From a virus (taxonomy: Duplodnaviria; Heunggongvirae; Uroviricota; Caudoviricetes): DNA of 64,000 bases. The notes beneath the pieces are model-generated. The model was not told where the DNA came from, made no database searches, and saw nothing but the letters and a program-made list of their open reading frames with translations. The DNA is taken from positions 235,001 through 299,000 of the IMG/VR virus record IMGVR_UViG_3300021387_000463. One strand, written 5' to 3'. Positions 38,181-48,349 of this stretch are shown in pieces; position 1 is the stretch's first letter; every line of letters starts with the position of its first letter. Both the position numbers and the translations under genes were made by a program.

Positions 38181-39004
38181 TCTTTGTCATCAAAAATAAT
38201 TCTAGATTCAACGTATGTACGCCCTTCTCCAGTTAGTATTGGCATTTCCTCATCAATAGTCCATTTACCATTTTCATCTTTAACAACCGCAGTTCCACGT
38301 TTTTCAACTGTTGTTAGATTATTCCAATTAATGCCATATTTTTCAAATAGCATATCTTGAACTTGTCTTGTATTCTTATGTTGAAGTTCTTTATTGGAAA
38401 ACATTGATTGACCTAAACCGTTTATGCTATTTCTTTCAGCATCTTTTTCACGCCAAAGGATGCAGTTGCAAACTTCTGAAATTGGAATATTGAAACATCT
38501 TGAATCAAATAATGCACCTTGTTCAATAGCCCTATTATATGATTTTAATAATTTGTTCACAGAATCCATTAATTCTTCACCATATGTTTTTACGTCAGTT
38601 AATACGCCATGATGCTTATTGGCGAATTCATGAATTTTTCTACGAAATATTCTATTAAAATATAATGTAGCCATTGCAGCAGATACTGAGCACATTTTTT
38701 CAACTTGATAATCATACCAAGCATCTGTGTTAATCGTGTTATAATCAACTAGCACAAGTGTTATTTCATCAGATTGTGTATATCCAAAAACACAACCTTG
38801 AATACTTTCACATAATGCAAGTGTTGTTTCTTGCATTGTTTCTATTAGTCGTTTGTCAAATGGCTTCACAAAACCTCTTGTGAATGTATGAAAATGACAT
38901 CCATCTAATCTGATAATAATTGGCATCCTTCTTACGAGATAAGTCTTAGCCCTATTCTCGTAATACTCTTTCATTCTATCTCCTAAACTATCTCTTTTAG
39001 CCAT
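38177..39004 (-). CDS. thg1: tRNA(His) guanylyltransferase Thg1-like protein
   Basis: LGDRMKEYYE...IIRLDGCHFHTFT...YTQSDEI...FDSRCF...WREKDAERNS...KRGT. Confidence 0.93.
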   Translation of the reverse strand: MAKRDSLGDRMKEYYENRAKTYLVRRMPIIIRLDGCHFHTFTRGFVKPFDKRLIETMQETTLALCESIQGCVFGYTQSDEITLVLVDYNTINTDAWYDYQVEKMCSVSAAMATLYFNRIFRRKIHEFANKHHGVLTDVKTYGEELMDSVNKLLKSYNRAIEQGALFDSRCFNIPISEVCNCILWREKDAERNSINGLGQSMFSNKELQHKNTRQVQDMLFEKYGINWNNLTTVEKRGTAVVKDENGKWTIDEEMPILTGEGRTYVESRIIFDDKE

Positions 39005-39060
39005 AACTTTAAAAAATTAAAAAGGTGAGTACTATCTCAATACCCACCTTTTTTTAGTAA

Positions 39061-39585
39061 TTAATAATCCCAATCAAAATCTTCATCGTTCCACCAATCG
39101 GTCTCACCGATGAGGTCAACTCCCATAGGTGGTGCTTCGTTCAGTCTTTTACGGATGGCTTCACATCTATGAATAGGAGCATCTGATTTCTTTTCTAGAC
39201 CACGAGCAATACAATCCTCTGCTGCTGAAACGTATTCATCAAACAATTGATGGTCGTACTCGAAATCCTCACGGTCATCATAGTCTGACCTTCTTGGTTC
39301 ATCAATGCAAGGGCCTTGATAACCAAAACGAAGATTTTCATCTGCTGGTTTGCCACTGATACCCCACTGTGGGATAGGTGCTGGTGGCATAAAGCTGTGA
39401 TTCTTGAACCTTGGAGGTGTCAAGTCACGCTCGAATGACTGAGGCTTCTCTCTGAAGCGACACTCAGTTTTGTGTTCACACTTCTTAATCTTGGGCTTAT
39501 CGAAAGCCTCTTCAATAAGAGAGGTGATTTCCTCCATCAAGCCTTTCATTGATGGAAAACCGATAACAAAAATTTTTGCTTCCAT
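39061..39585 (-). CDS. hypothetical protein
   Basis: 174 aa behind a promoter at ~39636-39670. Confidence 0.7.
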   Translation of the reverse strand: MEAKIFVIGFPSMKGLMEEITSLIEEAFDKPKIKKCEHKTECRFREKPQSFERDLTPPRFKNHSFMPPAPIPQWGISGKPADENLRFGYQGPCIDEPRRSDYDDREDFEYDHQLFDEYVSAAEDCIARGLEKKSDAPIHRCEAIRKRLNEAPPMGVDLIGETDWWNDEDFDWDY

Positions 39586-39704
39586 AACTCTAATTTGTTT
39601 TGTTTATTGTTCTGTCAAATTGAAAAGTTTGACATTGCAAAGATATAGTCTTTTTTTGTAATTTCCAAATTTTATCGTAACTTTTTTTTTATTTTGTTAA
39701 CATT

Positions 39705-40193
39705 TCACCTTCTGCCTCCGAAATGTCCACCTCTAGTAGAACTTCTTGGTGGGTTATGTGGTCTATTACTCATTCCACCGCCATGATGATTTGGCCTTGA
39801 AGGAGGTCTATGCATGTTACCACCATGATTATTGTGATGTGGTCTTGGTGGTGCTGCATGAGGCCTGTGATGTGGCGCATTATGATGTGGCCTTGGATGT
39901 ATTCGGTCTCTTGGAATAGGCTTGTACCAATCATAGAAATGAGGTGATGGTAACACTCTTCTATACCTATGGAAATAGTAGTTGTTATTAACACAATAAG
40001 GATAATAGTACCATCCTCTGTAGAAATAGTACTCTATCATACCATTATAGATATATGGAGTACCATACGAAATAACCACTGTTGCATCAACTTCACCATC
40101 ATACATATCATCTTGTGCGCTGACTGTGGCTACGCAAGAGCTAAGACTTATTGACATTGCTAAAGTTACCAAAAAACTAAAAATCTTTTTCAT
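39705..40193 (-). CDS. secreted/lipoprotein with Tyr-rich core and His/Pro/Arg/Gly-rich tail
   Basis: Signal peptide MKKIFSFLVTLAMSISLSSC (lipobox-like LSSC); low-complexity C-terminus. Confidence 0.7.
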   Translation of the reverse strand: MKKIFSFLVTLAMSISLSSCVATVSAQDDMYDGEVDATVVISYGTPYIYNGMIEYYFYRGWYYYPYCVNNNYYFHRYRRVLPSPHFYDWYKPIPRDRIHPRPHHNAPHHRPHAAPPRPHHNNHGGNMHRPPSRPNHHGGGMSNRPHNPPRSSTRGGHFGGRR

Positions 40194-40289
40194 AAGCTAT
40201 CAAATTTTACTATAACTAGTGCAAAGATATTGGTTTATTTTCTAATTTCCAAGCAGCAATAACACATTTAGGGAATTTCCGTGCAATAT

Positions 40290-40625
40290 TTAGGGATTTC
40301 TCCCCTTGAGTATAGTTTTCCCTAATTTCTTATTATATAGGTAAAGACCTTTTTCTCTTAGTAAACTAGCCAACATGAGATATTCGGTAACAGTTATTGC
40401 TTTTGCCCTCATATCATCATTTATTGGTGTTGATTCTGTGCTCTTCTCATCATATGTTTGCCCATCTATAGTATTAACAACCAATTGATAGTGTATTTTT
40501 CTAGTTGCATCAAAATTCCTTCTATCTAGGTTATCGATGAGAACCCAATGACTTGTTTTTCTAAAATAGGTCTTCGGTGGGTCAAAATCGTTTGCTGAGA
40601 ATAATTCCATTTGTTTTGCTTCCAT
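40290..40625 (-). CDS. hypothetical protein
   Basis: ORF MEAKQMELF immediately after a TATCTTTGC promoter. Confidence 0.65.
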   Translation of the reverse strand: MEAKQMELFSANDFDPPKTYFRKTSHWVLIDNLDRRNFDATRKIHYQLVVNTIDGQTYDEKSTESTPINDDMRAKAITVTEYLMLASLLREKGLYLYNKKLGKTILKGRNP

Positions 40626-40694
40626 AAGGCAAAGATATACAAAATATATGTAAAAGCAAAATAACAAATGTTAAAAAAATAAAAAAATGGAGGC

Positions 40695-41132
40695 TCAATC
40701 GCCTCCATTGTAATATTTCATAACTTTCTTCAAGTAACCGTTTGTTCCTTTTATTGTGTATCCTAGGCCTCCGTTCCAGATTCGGATTGCCTTTTCAACG
40801 TCATTGGTCTTGTTGTAATAGCTTTGTACCATCACGAACATTTCCTTTGACTTCTTAACGTTATATCTGTCCGCTAGGGTATAACGTTTCTTAGATTTTT
40901 TGGCTTTGAGCCAAATGTTGCACTGTTTCACTAATCCTGGCGTTATCTGAAGTAACCCTGCACAATTACCATTTTTATTAAACGCTTTAGGATTTCCCTT
41001 ACTTTCCACCATAGCGATTGCATCAATGAGTTTGCTCCAATCGTATGATTCAGTTTTACTTTGTGCGTTTACAGTCAATGAAACCATCAACATAGCGCAC
41101 ACTAAAATAGTTTTCTTAATTTTTCTCATCAC
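40695..41132 (-). CDS. lysozyme-like/SLT muramidase with signal peptide (endolysin candidate)
   Basis: AIAMVESKGN (catalytic Glu)...GLLQIT...AIRIWNGG...YLKKV; N-terminal signal sequence. Confidence 0.85.
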   Translation of the reverse strand: MMRKIKKTILVCAMLMVSLTVNAQSKTESYDWSKLIDAIAMVESKGNPKAFNKNGNCAGLLQITPGLVKQCNIWLKAKKSKKRYTLADRYNVKKSKEMFVMVQSYYNKTNDVEKAIRIWNGGLGYTIKGTNGYLKKVMKYYNGGD

Positions 41133-41219
41133 TTAAAATTTATTGCGAGGCTCGAATCAATTCCAATTGACCGATGTTAACGATGATATGTGAGAGCGAG
41201 TTACACCGTTTTTCTCCTC

Positions 41220-41579
41220 TTAGTTAAAATTGTACTTTGACAGACTTCCATATTTACTAATTCCACCATTATACCAATCGTCTAGCAATTGGCTTATGAA
41301 GCCTTTTCTTTCTGTATCGTTTGTTATTCTATTATAAAATTCCTTATCTAGTGCATCAAGCACGTCTTGTTTCCAACATGTCATCTTGGTTGGTTGACCT
41401 TTGTCCAATTTCATGAACACACCAACAATCTTACCCTTACCATCGTCATAAGGTATTGCCTTATAGTTTGCGGTAAGGAACTGAGAACCATGATTCACAT
41501 GGTCTTCATAACATGCTTCCTTTATTAAGTTCTTCTTGAGTGTGTCTAAACCACTTTCAGATAATATGAATGTTTTCAT
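41220..41579 (-). CDS. hypothetical protein (MKTFILSESGLDTLKKNLIKE leader)
   Basis: Late motif at 41597-41605; leader variant. Confidence 0.7.
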   Translation of the reverse strand: MKTFILSESGLDTLKKNLIKEACYEDHVNHGSQFLTANYKAIPYDDGKGKIVGVFMKLDKGQPTKMTCWKQDVLDALDKEFYNRITNDTERKGFISQLLDDWYNGGISKYGSLSKYNFN

Positions 41580-41595
41580 AATAATTCTTTTATTA

Positions 41596-42168
41596 TTATA
41601 AATATTCATTAATCATCTTTTTGCTCAATGGTATGAGATAAAACACTGCTTCTGGTATCTCGAAAACGTCTACGAATCCAAGTCTTTTCCAATAACTATG
41701 CGTTTTTAAATTCCTTTCAACGCCTATCCAAATAAAGTCATAGTTGTCTCTTAAGAACTTAATGTTGAAGAACAACATTCTCTTATCGAGATTAGTTCCA
41801 CGAAGCCTTTCATCAATAATGAAAGAATGCCCATTGACTTGGGTATATCTATCCAAATATTCTGAAAGTTCTTTCTCAATAAATGAGATTGGAGAACCAA
41901 ACTTTATTGGGCACTCACAGAACATGAGTAAGCCATAAATCTCACCGCTTTCCTTGTCAACTAACTTAACTGAGTCTTCCAAAAGTGCCTTGGACTGACA
42001 AAGTTGTTGATATGCCTCTGCATCACTTGACAAATCAAATGCTTTAGCCAAAGTCTTGCAAATCTGGACTAAATCATCTATAGAGGTCTTCCTTATTTCA
42101 ACCCTTTCCAACAAGTCTTTTTTGGTTAAATTGTTATCAACCAACTTGTTGCATAAATCTATTTGCAT
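41596..42168 (-). CDS. GNAT-family acetyltransferase
   Basis: FIIDERLRGTNL...YWKRLGF. Confidence 0.75.
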   Translation of the reverse strand: MQIDLCNKLVDNNLTKKDLLERVEIRKTSIDDLVQICKTLAKAFDLSSDAEAYQQLCQSKALLEDSVKLVDKESGEIYGLLMFCECPIKFGSPISFIEKELSEYLDRYTQVNGHSFIIDERLRGTNLDKRMLFFNIKFLRDNYDFIWIGVERNLKTHSYWKRLGFVDVFEIPEAVFYLIPLSKKMINEYL

Positions 42169-42325
42169 AAACGCATACGATTTACAAGTGCAAAGATACT
42201 AAAAATATTTGAGAAAACCAAATTTTTTAATATTTTTTTGCTTATTTTACAAAAAGGGGAGATTTATCAACATTTTTAACCTCCCCAATTACTTAACTAT
42301 AAAATATTTGAAAAAATTATGAGCG

Positions 42326-44830
42326 TTATCTTATTACAATGTCACCATTTTCGCAAGAAGCACTGAATGTATAGTTTGGTTTATACTCATGTTCGAGCAT
42401 CAATTCTGTGATTTTATCCTCAATATTGTTCTGGATAAGTCTTATGATTGGTCTTGCGCCAAATTCCTTTTTCTTTACAGCCTCTACATGTATATAATCT
42501 ACTACATCATCAGTATATACTATATTATATTCTATATTATTTAATCTAGTATTAAATTTATTTATCTCTAATTTAACTATATTCTTAAGATTATCATCGG
42601 ATAAACTATTAAAATATACTATTTGGTCTAATCTGTTAAGGAACTCTGGAGTAAACTTCTTCTTCAACTCCTTGTCAATGATTGACTTCTTATTTGATTC
42701 CTCACTGCTTACGAAACCAAGTCCATTACCAAGTTCAGCAGCCTTTCTAGCACCAATATTAGATGTCATAAGCACAATTACGTTCTTGAAGTTAACAACT
42801 TGTCCAGCACTATCTGTAAGTCTTCCTTCATCAAATAATTGCAAGAATATATTATAAACCTCTTGGTCTGCCTTTTCAATCTCATCAAGTAGAAGCACAC
42901 AATGTTGTTTATGCTTAATCTGCTCTGTAAGTTGTCCTCCATTCTCATAACCAATGTAACCTGGAGCAGCACCAGTCAACTTAGCAACTGAGTTCTTCTC
43001 TGAATACTCAGACATATCGATTCTGATAAGTGCCTTTTCATCACCAAAGATTTCCTCTGCAAGCTTCTTTGCAATAAGGGTCTTACCACTACCAGTTGGA
43101 CCGACCATTAGGATGTTAGCCATTGTCTTGTTTCTATCACCAAGTCCTACCTTGTTTCTCTTGATGACTCTACATACGCTGTCAACAGCCTCATCTTGTC
43201 CTACAATGCTCTGCTTCAATATCTCATCAATGTGGGCAATCTTAACCTTCTCATCTGATGATAATTTACTTACTGGAATCTTTGTTACCTCAGATACAAC
43301 ATCCGCAATATCTCCCTCTGTGATATCAATTCTAGCAAGATTGAGCTTATTAATGTCTCTCTTATAGTCTGCGAGGTCTGATGCAAGCACATTCTCTTCA
43401 ATGGTTAGTGAGTCAATCTTCTCGAAATCGCCATTGTTAAGTGCCTCGTTCTTTTCCTCTTCAATTTGTCTCATTCTCTTCTTGGTATTCTGAATCTCGA
43501 TAGGTTCTCTGTCAACAAGAGCTGTCTTTGCTCCAGCCAAGTCAATGAGGTCAAATGCAGAATCTGGCAAGCTTCTATCTGTAATGTATCTCTCAGCAAG
43601 CTTAACAGCTTTCTCAATAGCCTTGTCACTATAGTTTACATTATGATAATCCTCGTAGTATTTCTTATTCTCAGTTAAGACTTTAATTGATTCCTCAATT
43701 GATGTAGGTTCAATTACAATCTTCTGTAGTTTTCTAGAAATCTGGGCATTTGATTCAATTGTATTTCTGTATTCCTTGAAGGTTGTTGTAGCAATAACCT
43801 TAACAGTGCCCTCAGTCAATAGGTTTCCAATCATGCCACTGATGTCACCGTCCTTTTCCTTGCTAGTGCTTCTTAGAACTGTATGAATGTCATCAATGAA
43901 TAGGATATATTTCTCAGATGATTGCAAAGTGTCAATCAAGTTCTTCATACGCTCTTCAAACATTCCTCTGAAGTGTGTTCCGCTGACAAGTGCCATTGGA
44001 TTAAGCATTACAATCTCCTTGCCCTCAAGGACGGAAGGAACTTTGTTTTCCTCAATCATCTTTGCGATTCCATAGACGATGGCTGATTTACCACAACCAC
44101 CTTTACCAACTAGTACCGCATTATTCTTCTTGCGTCTTGAAAGAACTTGTATGATTTCCTCAATCTCGTCCCTTCTTCCAATAATATCGTCAATCTTACC
44201 ATTCTTGGCTAACTTATTGAGGCTAGTTGTAAACTGCTCGATTGCTGAATCAGACGAAGAATCTGTTGTAACAGTCTTTGTATTTACTTGACTCTTCAAT
44301 GGTATATCTTTCTTAGCCTTGTTTATTTTCTTAGGTCTTAGTTTAGTAGGTTTCACAACCTTTTCTTGAGTTGGTGCGCTAACGTCACACTTGTTGTATA
44401 TAAATTCATATTGGAGCATAAATCTACCAAAGATTGCTTCCTCCTTAAAGTCGTTCTCCTTATTTAATACTGCGAGTAAGACGTGCTCAGTACCAATCTG
44501 GCTGTTATTCAACTTTTCTGATTCAGTCTTAGCACAATCTAAGATTCTTACCAATTCATCATTAAATCTTACATTACCATCCTTCATTTGAGGATTGGTG
44601 TGTGAGTCTATCACCTCTACGTATACCTTCCTCAACTCATCTAGATTATTAGACATCAAACAATTATCCAAAATTAGGTTTGCATGACAGTCTCTCGTGT
44701 CTAGAATAGCAAGAATAAGGTATTCTGGTGTTAGTACATCTGTTGGAAACTCATTCAACAACACTGTTGACATGTAATCCAATACTCCATTTAATTCAAT
44801 TGTGTAATTAGTCTCGTTCTTTTTACTCAT
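42326..44830 (-). CDS. clpC: ClpB/ClpC-like AAA+ chaperone ATPase
   Basis: Clp-N repeats; IIGRRDEI...RRKKNNAVLVGKGGCGKS; second NBD GPTGSGKT...RIDMSEY...LLDEIEKA...GARP. Confidence 0.93.
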   Translation of the reverse strand: MSKKNETNYTIELNGVLDYMSTVLLNEFPTDVLTPEYLILAILDTRDCHANLILDNCLMSNNLDELRKVYVEVIDSHTNPQMKDGNVRFNDELVRILDCAKTESEKLNNSQIGTEHVLLAVLNKENDFKEEAIFGRFMLQYEFIYNKCDVSAPTQEKVVKPTKLRPKKINKAKKDIPLKSQVNTKTVTTDSSSDSAIEQFTTSLNKLAKNGKIDDIIGRRDEIEEIIQVLSRRKKNNAVLVGKGGCGKSAIVYGIAKMIEENKVPSVLEGKEIVMLNPMALVSGTHFRGMFEERMKNLIDTLQSSEKYILFIDDIHTVLRSTSKEKDGDISGMIGNLLTEGTVKVIATTTFKEYRNTIESNAQISRKLQKIVIEPTSIEESIKVLTENKKYYEDYHNVNYSDKAIEKAVKLAERYITDRSLPDSAFDLIDLAGAKTALVDREPIEIQNTKKRMRQIEEEKNEALNNGDFEKIDSLTIEENVLASDLADYKRDINKLNLARIDITEGDIADVVSEVTKIPVSKLSSDEKVKIAHIDEILKQSIVGQDEAVDSVCRVIKRNKVGLGDRNKTMANILMVGPTGSGKTLIAKKLAEEIFGDEKALIRIDMSEYSEKNSVAKLTGAAPGYIGYENGGQLTEQIKHKQHCVLLLDEIEKADQEVYNIFLQLFDEGRLTDSAGQVVNFKNVIVLMTSNIGARKAAELGNGLGFVSSEESNKKSIIDKELKKKFTPEFLNRLDQIVYFNSLSDDNLKNIVKLEINKFNTRLNNIEYNIVYTDDVVDYIHVEAVKKKEFGARPIIRLIQNNIEDKITELMLEHEYKPNYTFSASCENGDIVIR

Positions 44831-44888
44831 AATTTTCAATTTTATATTTAAAAAATAACAATTTATCTGGGAAATTCAAGAGCAATAA

Positions 44889-44921
44889 TTTGGAATTTTA
44901 ACATTTTTTATATATCTTTGC
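44889..44921 (+). promoter_or_regulatory. early/middle promoter
   Basis: tttggaattttaacattttttatatatctttgc. Confidence 0.75.
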
Positions 44922-45088
44922 AAAAAATAGTTAAATATGGTAATTGAATATGCAAAGGCTTGTTTAGGGTTTAAGCCCAAGAAAAAAGACCCAATTGATA
45001 TTGCAAATGAATTTTGTGAGTGGGCTAAGAAAAATAGCCACGAACATTTAATAATAGATTTAACAAACGAAATAGGTTTTCATTAATT

Positions 45089-45589
45089 ATGAGTAAAATA
45101 TTTAATTTGTACACTAAAGATAGTAATGGAAACGACATTGACCGTACTTGGTATCAATCTAGTAATATTAAGTATAGCGAATGCGTTGACCACAACAATG
45201 ATTTGAAAACATTGAGGGTTGTTTTTAGTAATGGTACGCAGTATGAGTACAAAAATGTTGAAGTCGCTCATTACTTGCTTTTTAGGGATGCTGCTTCACA
45301 AGGTAAGGCTCTCAATGAGTATATCAAGCCAAAGGGTTATGAATATGAGAAACTTGAGAATGCCGACCTTGCGACTCTAGATGGTGAACTCACATTCAGA
45401 ATGGAAGATGGTATCTTTGTATTCTATGAGGGTGGTAAGCTAACAATGAAGGATAATAAGGATAATGTCATATGTGAAAGGGAAGTGAAATTGACACCAG
45501 AAGCATTTGACACGGTTTGCGCTGCTCTTGAGGCAGTTGGTAAACAACTTTACACTGAAGGAAAGGATTTTGCAGATGGAGAAGAATGA
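45089..45589 (+). CDS. KTSC-domain protein
   Basis: SSNIKYSEC...LRVVFSNGTQYEYKNV...ASQGKALNEYIK. Confidence 0.8.
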   Translation: MSKIFNLYTKDSNGNDIDRTWYQSSNIKYSECVDHNNDLKTLRVVFSNGTQYEYKNVEVAHYLLFRDAASQGKALNEYIKPKGYEYEKLENADLATLDGELTFRMEDGIFVFYEGGKLTMKDNKDNVICEREVKLTPEAFDTVCAALEAVGKQLYTEGKDFADGEE

Positions 45590-45851
45590 TAGACTAACCC
45601 TATATAATGCAGCTATAGCCAAATGGGGTGTTGGGGCACAGAAGAACATGGCGTATGAGGAAATAGGAGAGTTGCTTACAGCCCTAGCGAGGGATGATAG
45701 AGGCAGGACTACTACTGAGGAACTATTAACTGAATTGGCTGATGTTACCATTATGTGTGAGCAAATAGCATATATTCTTGGTTTTGAGGATTATGAGAAA
45801 GAAATTAATAGGAAACTAATAAGACTAAGGGACGATAAACTTAAATTGTAA
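45576..45851 (+). CDS. MazG-like NTP pyrophosphohydrolase
   Basis: KWG...QKNMAYEEIGELL...TELADVTIMCEQ. Confidence 0.8.
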   Translation: MEKNDRLTLYNAAIAKWGVGAQKNMAYEEIGELLTALARDDRGRTTTEELLTELADVTIMCEQIAYILGFEDYEKEINRKLIRLRDDKLKL

Positions 45852-46342
45852 TGGGTATAATAATCAGTAGTTTTATAGGCTGTGGAAGAGAATACCTTAA
45901 GAATACGCATGGTGATAAAATTAAGATATTCGATGCAGTCGAAGAAATACCATTGACTGATGTTGATGGGAAAACCAATCAAGATTTATTGGAAGAGTGC
46001 TATAATAAGGTAATGTCAATCGTTGATGAGTATGATGTTGTATTCATACCTTCAAACAAAGCCGTTAGAGACATATTCAATGACAACGGTGTTGACTATG
46101 ACATATTCTATCCGTCTGCTGATAGGAGAAAGGAATTCATTGAGAATCAAGTTAGGAAGAGAACAAAGCCGAATATCATTAGGGCACTAGATAAGAACTT
46201 TGAGAAATGGGTCGATGAAATCGATGATGATGAATCACCAAATTGCTATAAGCACAAACTTAGCAACCAAGGTGAATTCATAGGCAATGAGCCAGCAATA
46301 ATGCAATATATAAGCAGTATTAATCAAAATGAACATAACTAA
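45851..46342 (+). CDS. degenerate P-loop kinase-like protein
   Basis: IISSFIGCGREYL resembles the phage IISAFPGxGKS family with an altered Walker A. Confidence 0.55.
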   Translation: MGIIISSFIGCGREYLKNTHGDKIKIFDAVEEIPLTDVDGKTNQDLLEECYNKVMSIVDEYDVVFIPSNKAVRDIFNDNGVDYDIFYPSADRRKEFIENQVRKRTKPNIIRALDKNFEKWVDEIDDDESPNCYKHKLSNQGEFIGNEPAIMQYISSINQNEHN

Positions 46343-46465
46343 AGAGTGGAAAAATCTTCATGAGGCTAGAACTATTATGAAGAGAATGAGAAGGGAAATG
46401 AAGGAACTAAATAAACTAATGGTAATTGCACAACAAGAGATTTGCCAACCTAAATATACTTAATT

Positions 46466-47710
46466 ATGACAAATTGTGATAAAGTTTACCTCGATTTATT
46501 ACGAGATATAATGGAAAATGGTGTTGAAAAGGACACTAGAGCTGGACGTGTTAAGTCCGTATTCGGAAGACAGATGAGGTTTGACCTTAAGCAAGCATTT
46601 CCTCTTCTCACAACCAAGAAGGTGTTTACTAAGGGAGTCATTCATGAGTTGCTTTGGTTCTTACAGAGACCATACAATTCTCATGGTAGTATGAACATTG
46701 AGTATCTTGTTAGAAATGGTGTTCATATTTGGGATGACGATGCTTATCGCTGGTTCAAGACAAATATTGCACCAACCTTCAATAGTAAAATGGATGGTAA
46801 TTACCAAGTAAAGGGTATATTTCCAAAAGAATATCTTGTATGTACAAGTGATGATGAGAGGGATAAACAACCAGTGTTTGAATATTGGATTGAGAATGAA
46901 CTTAGACAACACGATAACAAATGGCTTAATAACATTACAAAGGAAGAGTTCTTGGACTTAACCTTGCAGAAGGTTGAAATAAAGGGGCTATTCATGTCGA
47001 GATATAGATTTGGTGACTTGGGACCAGTTTATGGCAAACAATGGAGAGCATTCGGAAGAAACCAAAAAGACCAAATTAAGAATATTATTGATACACTGAA
47101 AAATAATCCAAATGACAGAAGGATGCTGTGTGTTGCATATAATCCAGATGAACTTGAGAATATGGCATTGCCTCCTTGTCACGTCATGTTCCAGTTCTAC
47201 ACAAGGGAATTGTCAAATAATGAGAGAATGAAAATCTTCAACAGAAGATACATGAAGGGTCAAATCCCTAAGAAATGGCATGATTGGTTCGAGGAATATT
47301 CCAAGAATACTGAGGAAGGAGCAGATGTCTCAATGCCTAGTGATGGAAGTGATTATGACTTGGCAGACATTCCTAAGTATGGTTTATCATGTATGTATAC
47401 AATGAGGTCAAATGACTGGTTTTTGGGGAGTCCTTTCAATATAGCTTCTTATGCTCTTCTTACGCATATTATTGCAAAATTAGTAAACATGGTTCCAGAT
47501 GAATTAATTGCATCAATTGGGGACTGTCATTTGTATATTGAACATTTAGAGGCAGCAAAAGAACAATTATCTAGAAAGGGTAATGACAAATTACCAAAAT
47601 TATTAATTCACGGTAATCAAAAATCAATTGAAGATTTTAATTTTGAAGATTTTGAAATAATGGGTTATGAACCAGACCCACCGATTAAAGCACCACTGTT
47701 GGTAGGATAA
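46466..47710 (+). CDS. thyA: thymidylate synthase with two large insertions
   Basis: FPLLTTKKV, ELLWFL, DLGPVYGKQWR, MALPPCH, RSNDWFLGSPFNIASY, GDCHLY. Confidence 0.95.
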   Translation: MTNCDKVYLDLLRDIMENGVEKDTRAGRVKSVFGRQMRFDLKQAFPLLTTKKVFTKGVIHELLWFLQRPYNSHGSMNIEYLVRNGVHIWDDDAYRWFKTNIAPTFNSKMDGNYQVKGIFPKEYLVCTSDDERDKQPVFEYWIENELRQHDNKWLNNITKEEFLDLTLQKVEIKGLFMSRYRFGDLGPVYGKQWRAFGRNQKDQIKNIIDTLKNNPNDRRMLCVAYNPDELENMALPPCHVMFQFYTRELSNNERMKIFNRRYMKGQIPKKWHDWFEEYSKNTEEGADVSMPSDGSDYDLADIPKYGLSCMYTMRSNDWFLGSPFNIASYALLTHIIAKLVNMVPDELIASIGDCHLYIEHLEAAKEQLSRKGNDKLPKLLIHGNQKSIEDFNFEDFEIMGYEPDPPIKAPLLVG

Positions 47711-48261
47711 TGGCTGTATCAAGATTTGTTCAGAAAAGACAAGAGGAATATAGAAAGCTATATGGAAAAGTCGAACTTAAGGTGATGCAGATAACAAAGG
47801 ACACTTTCGGAGGTGAGGTATATAAATCCACAGTGGATGAAGACAAGAAAGACCATGTTGATTTTTGGTGGGATTCACCCAAGAAAGGTAAAATAGGAAT
47901 AGATGTAAAGGGTATTAGAAAGAATGATGATGGTGAACTTGATGATACAATATTTTGGATTGAGTTTAGAAACAACCCAGGACTTCCTGGTTGGATATAT
48001 GGAAAGGAAGAATATATTGCCATAGAGAGGTTTACAGATATTGTTTACATCAAGAGGGATGTTCTTAGGAAATACGCTGAAGATAAGCTACCTAAGATGG
48101 AACCAGTTACAAAGAGACCAAGGGAATTCTTTGTGCCTTATACAAGAAGCTTTTGGGGTCACAGAGACCTTACAATGAAAGTTCCGATGTCTGACATAAT
48201 ACAATTGGTAAACGAGAAGGGAGAAGATGGAACTTCAAACGGATTTTTTGCTGTATTCTAA
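47710..48261 (+). CDS. PD-(D/E)xK restriction-endonuclease-like nuclease
   Basis: EDKKDHVDFW...IDVKG...WIEFRN..G.PGWIYG. Confidence 0.6.
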   Translation: MAVSRFVQKRQEEYRKLYGKVELKVMQITKDTFGGEVYKSTVDEDKKDHVDFWWDSPKKGKIGIDVKGIRKNDDGELDDTIFWIEFRNNPGLPGWIYGKEEYIAIERFTDIVYIKRDVLRKYAEDKLPKMEPVTKRPREFFVPYTRSFWGHRDLTMKVPMSDIIQLVNEKGEDGTSNGFFAVF

Positions 48262-48349
48262 TATTAAAAGGTGTTGCGAAAGTGACACCTTTTTTTATTG
48301 TGTAATATTTATAGAGAAAATAACTTATAAAAAAAAAATAAAGAATAAT

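Noticed and set aside
41133-41219. Possible structured RNA leader upstream of the endolysin
   Set aside because: Only short stems (e.g. TCAATT-GG-AATTGA) are visible, which is not enough without covariation data.
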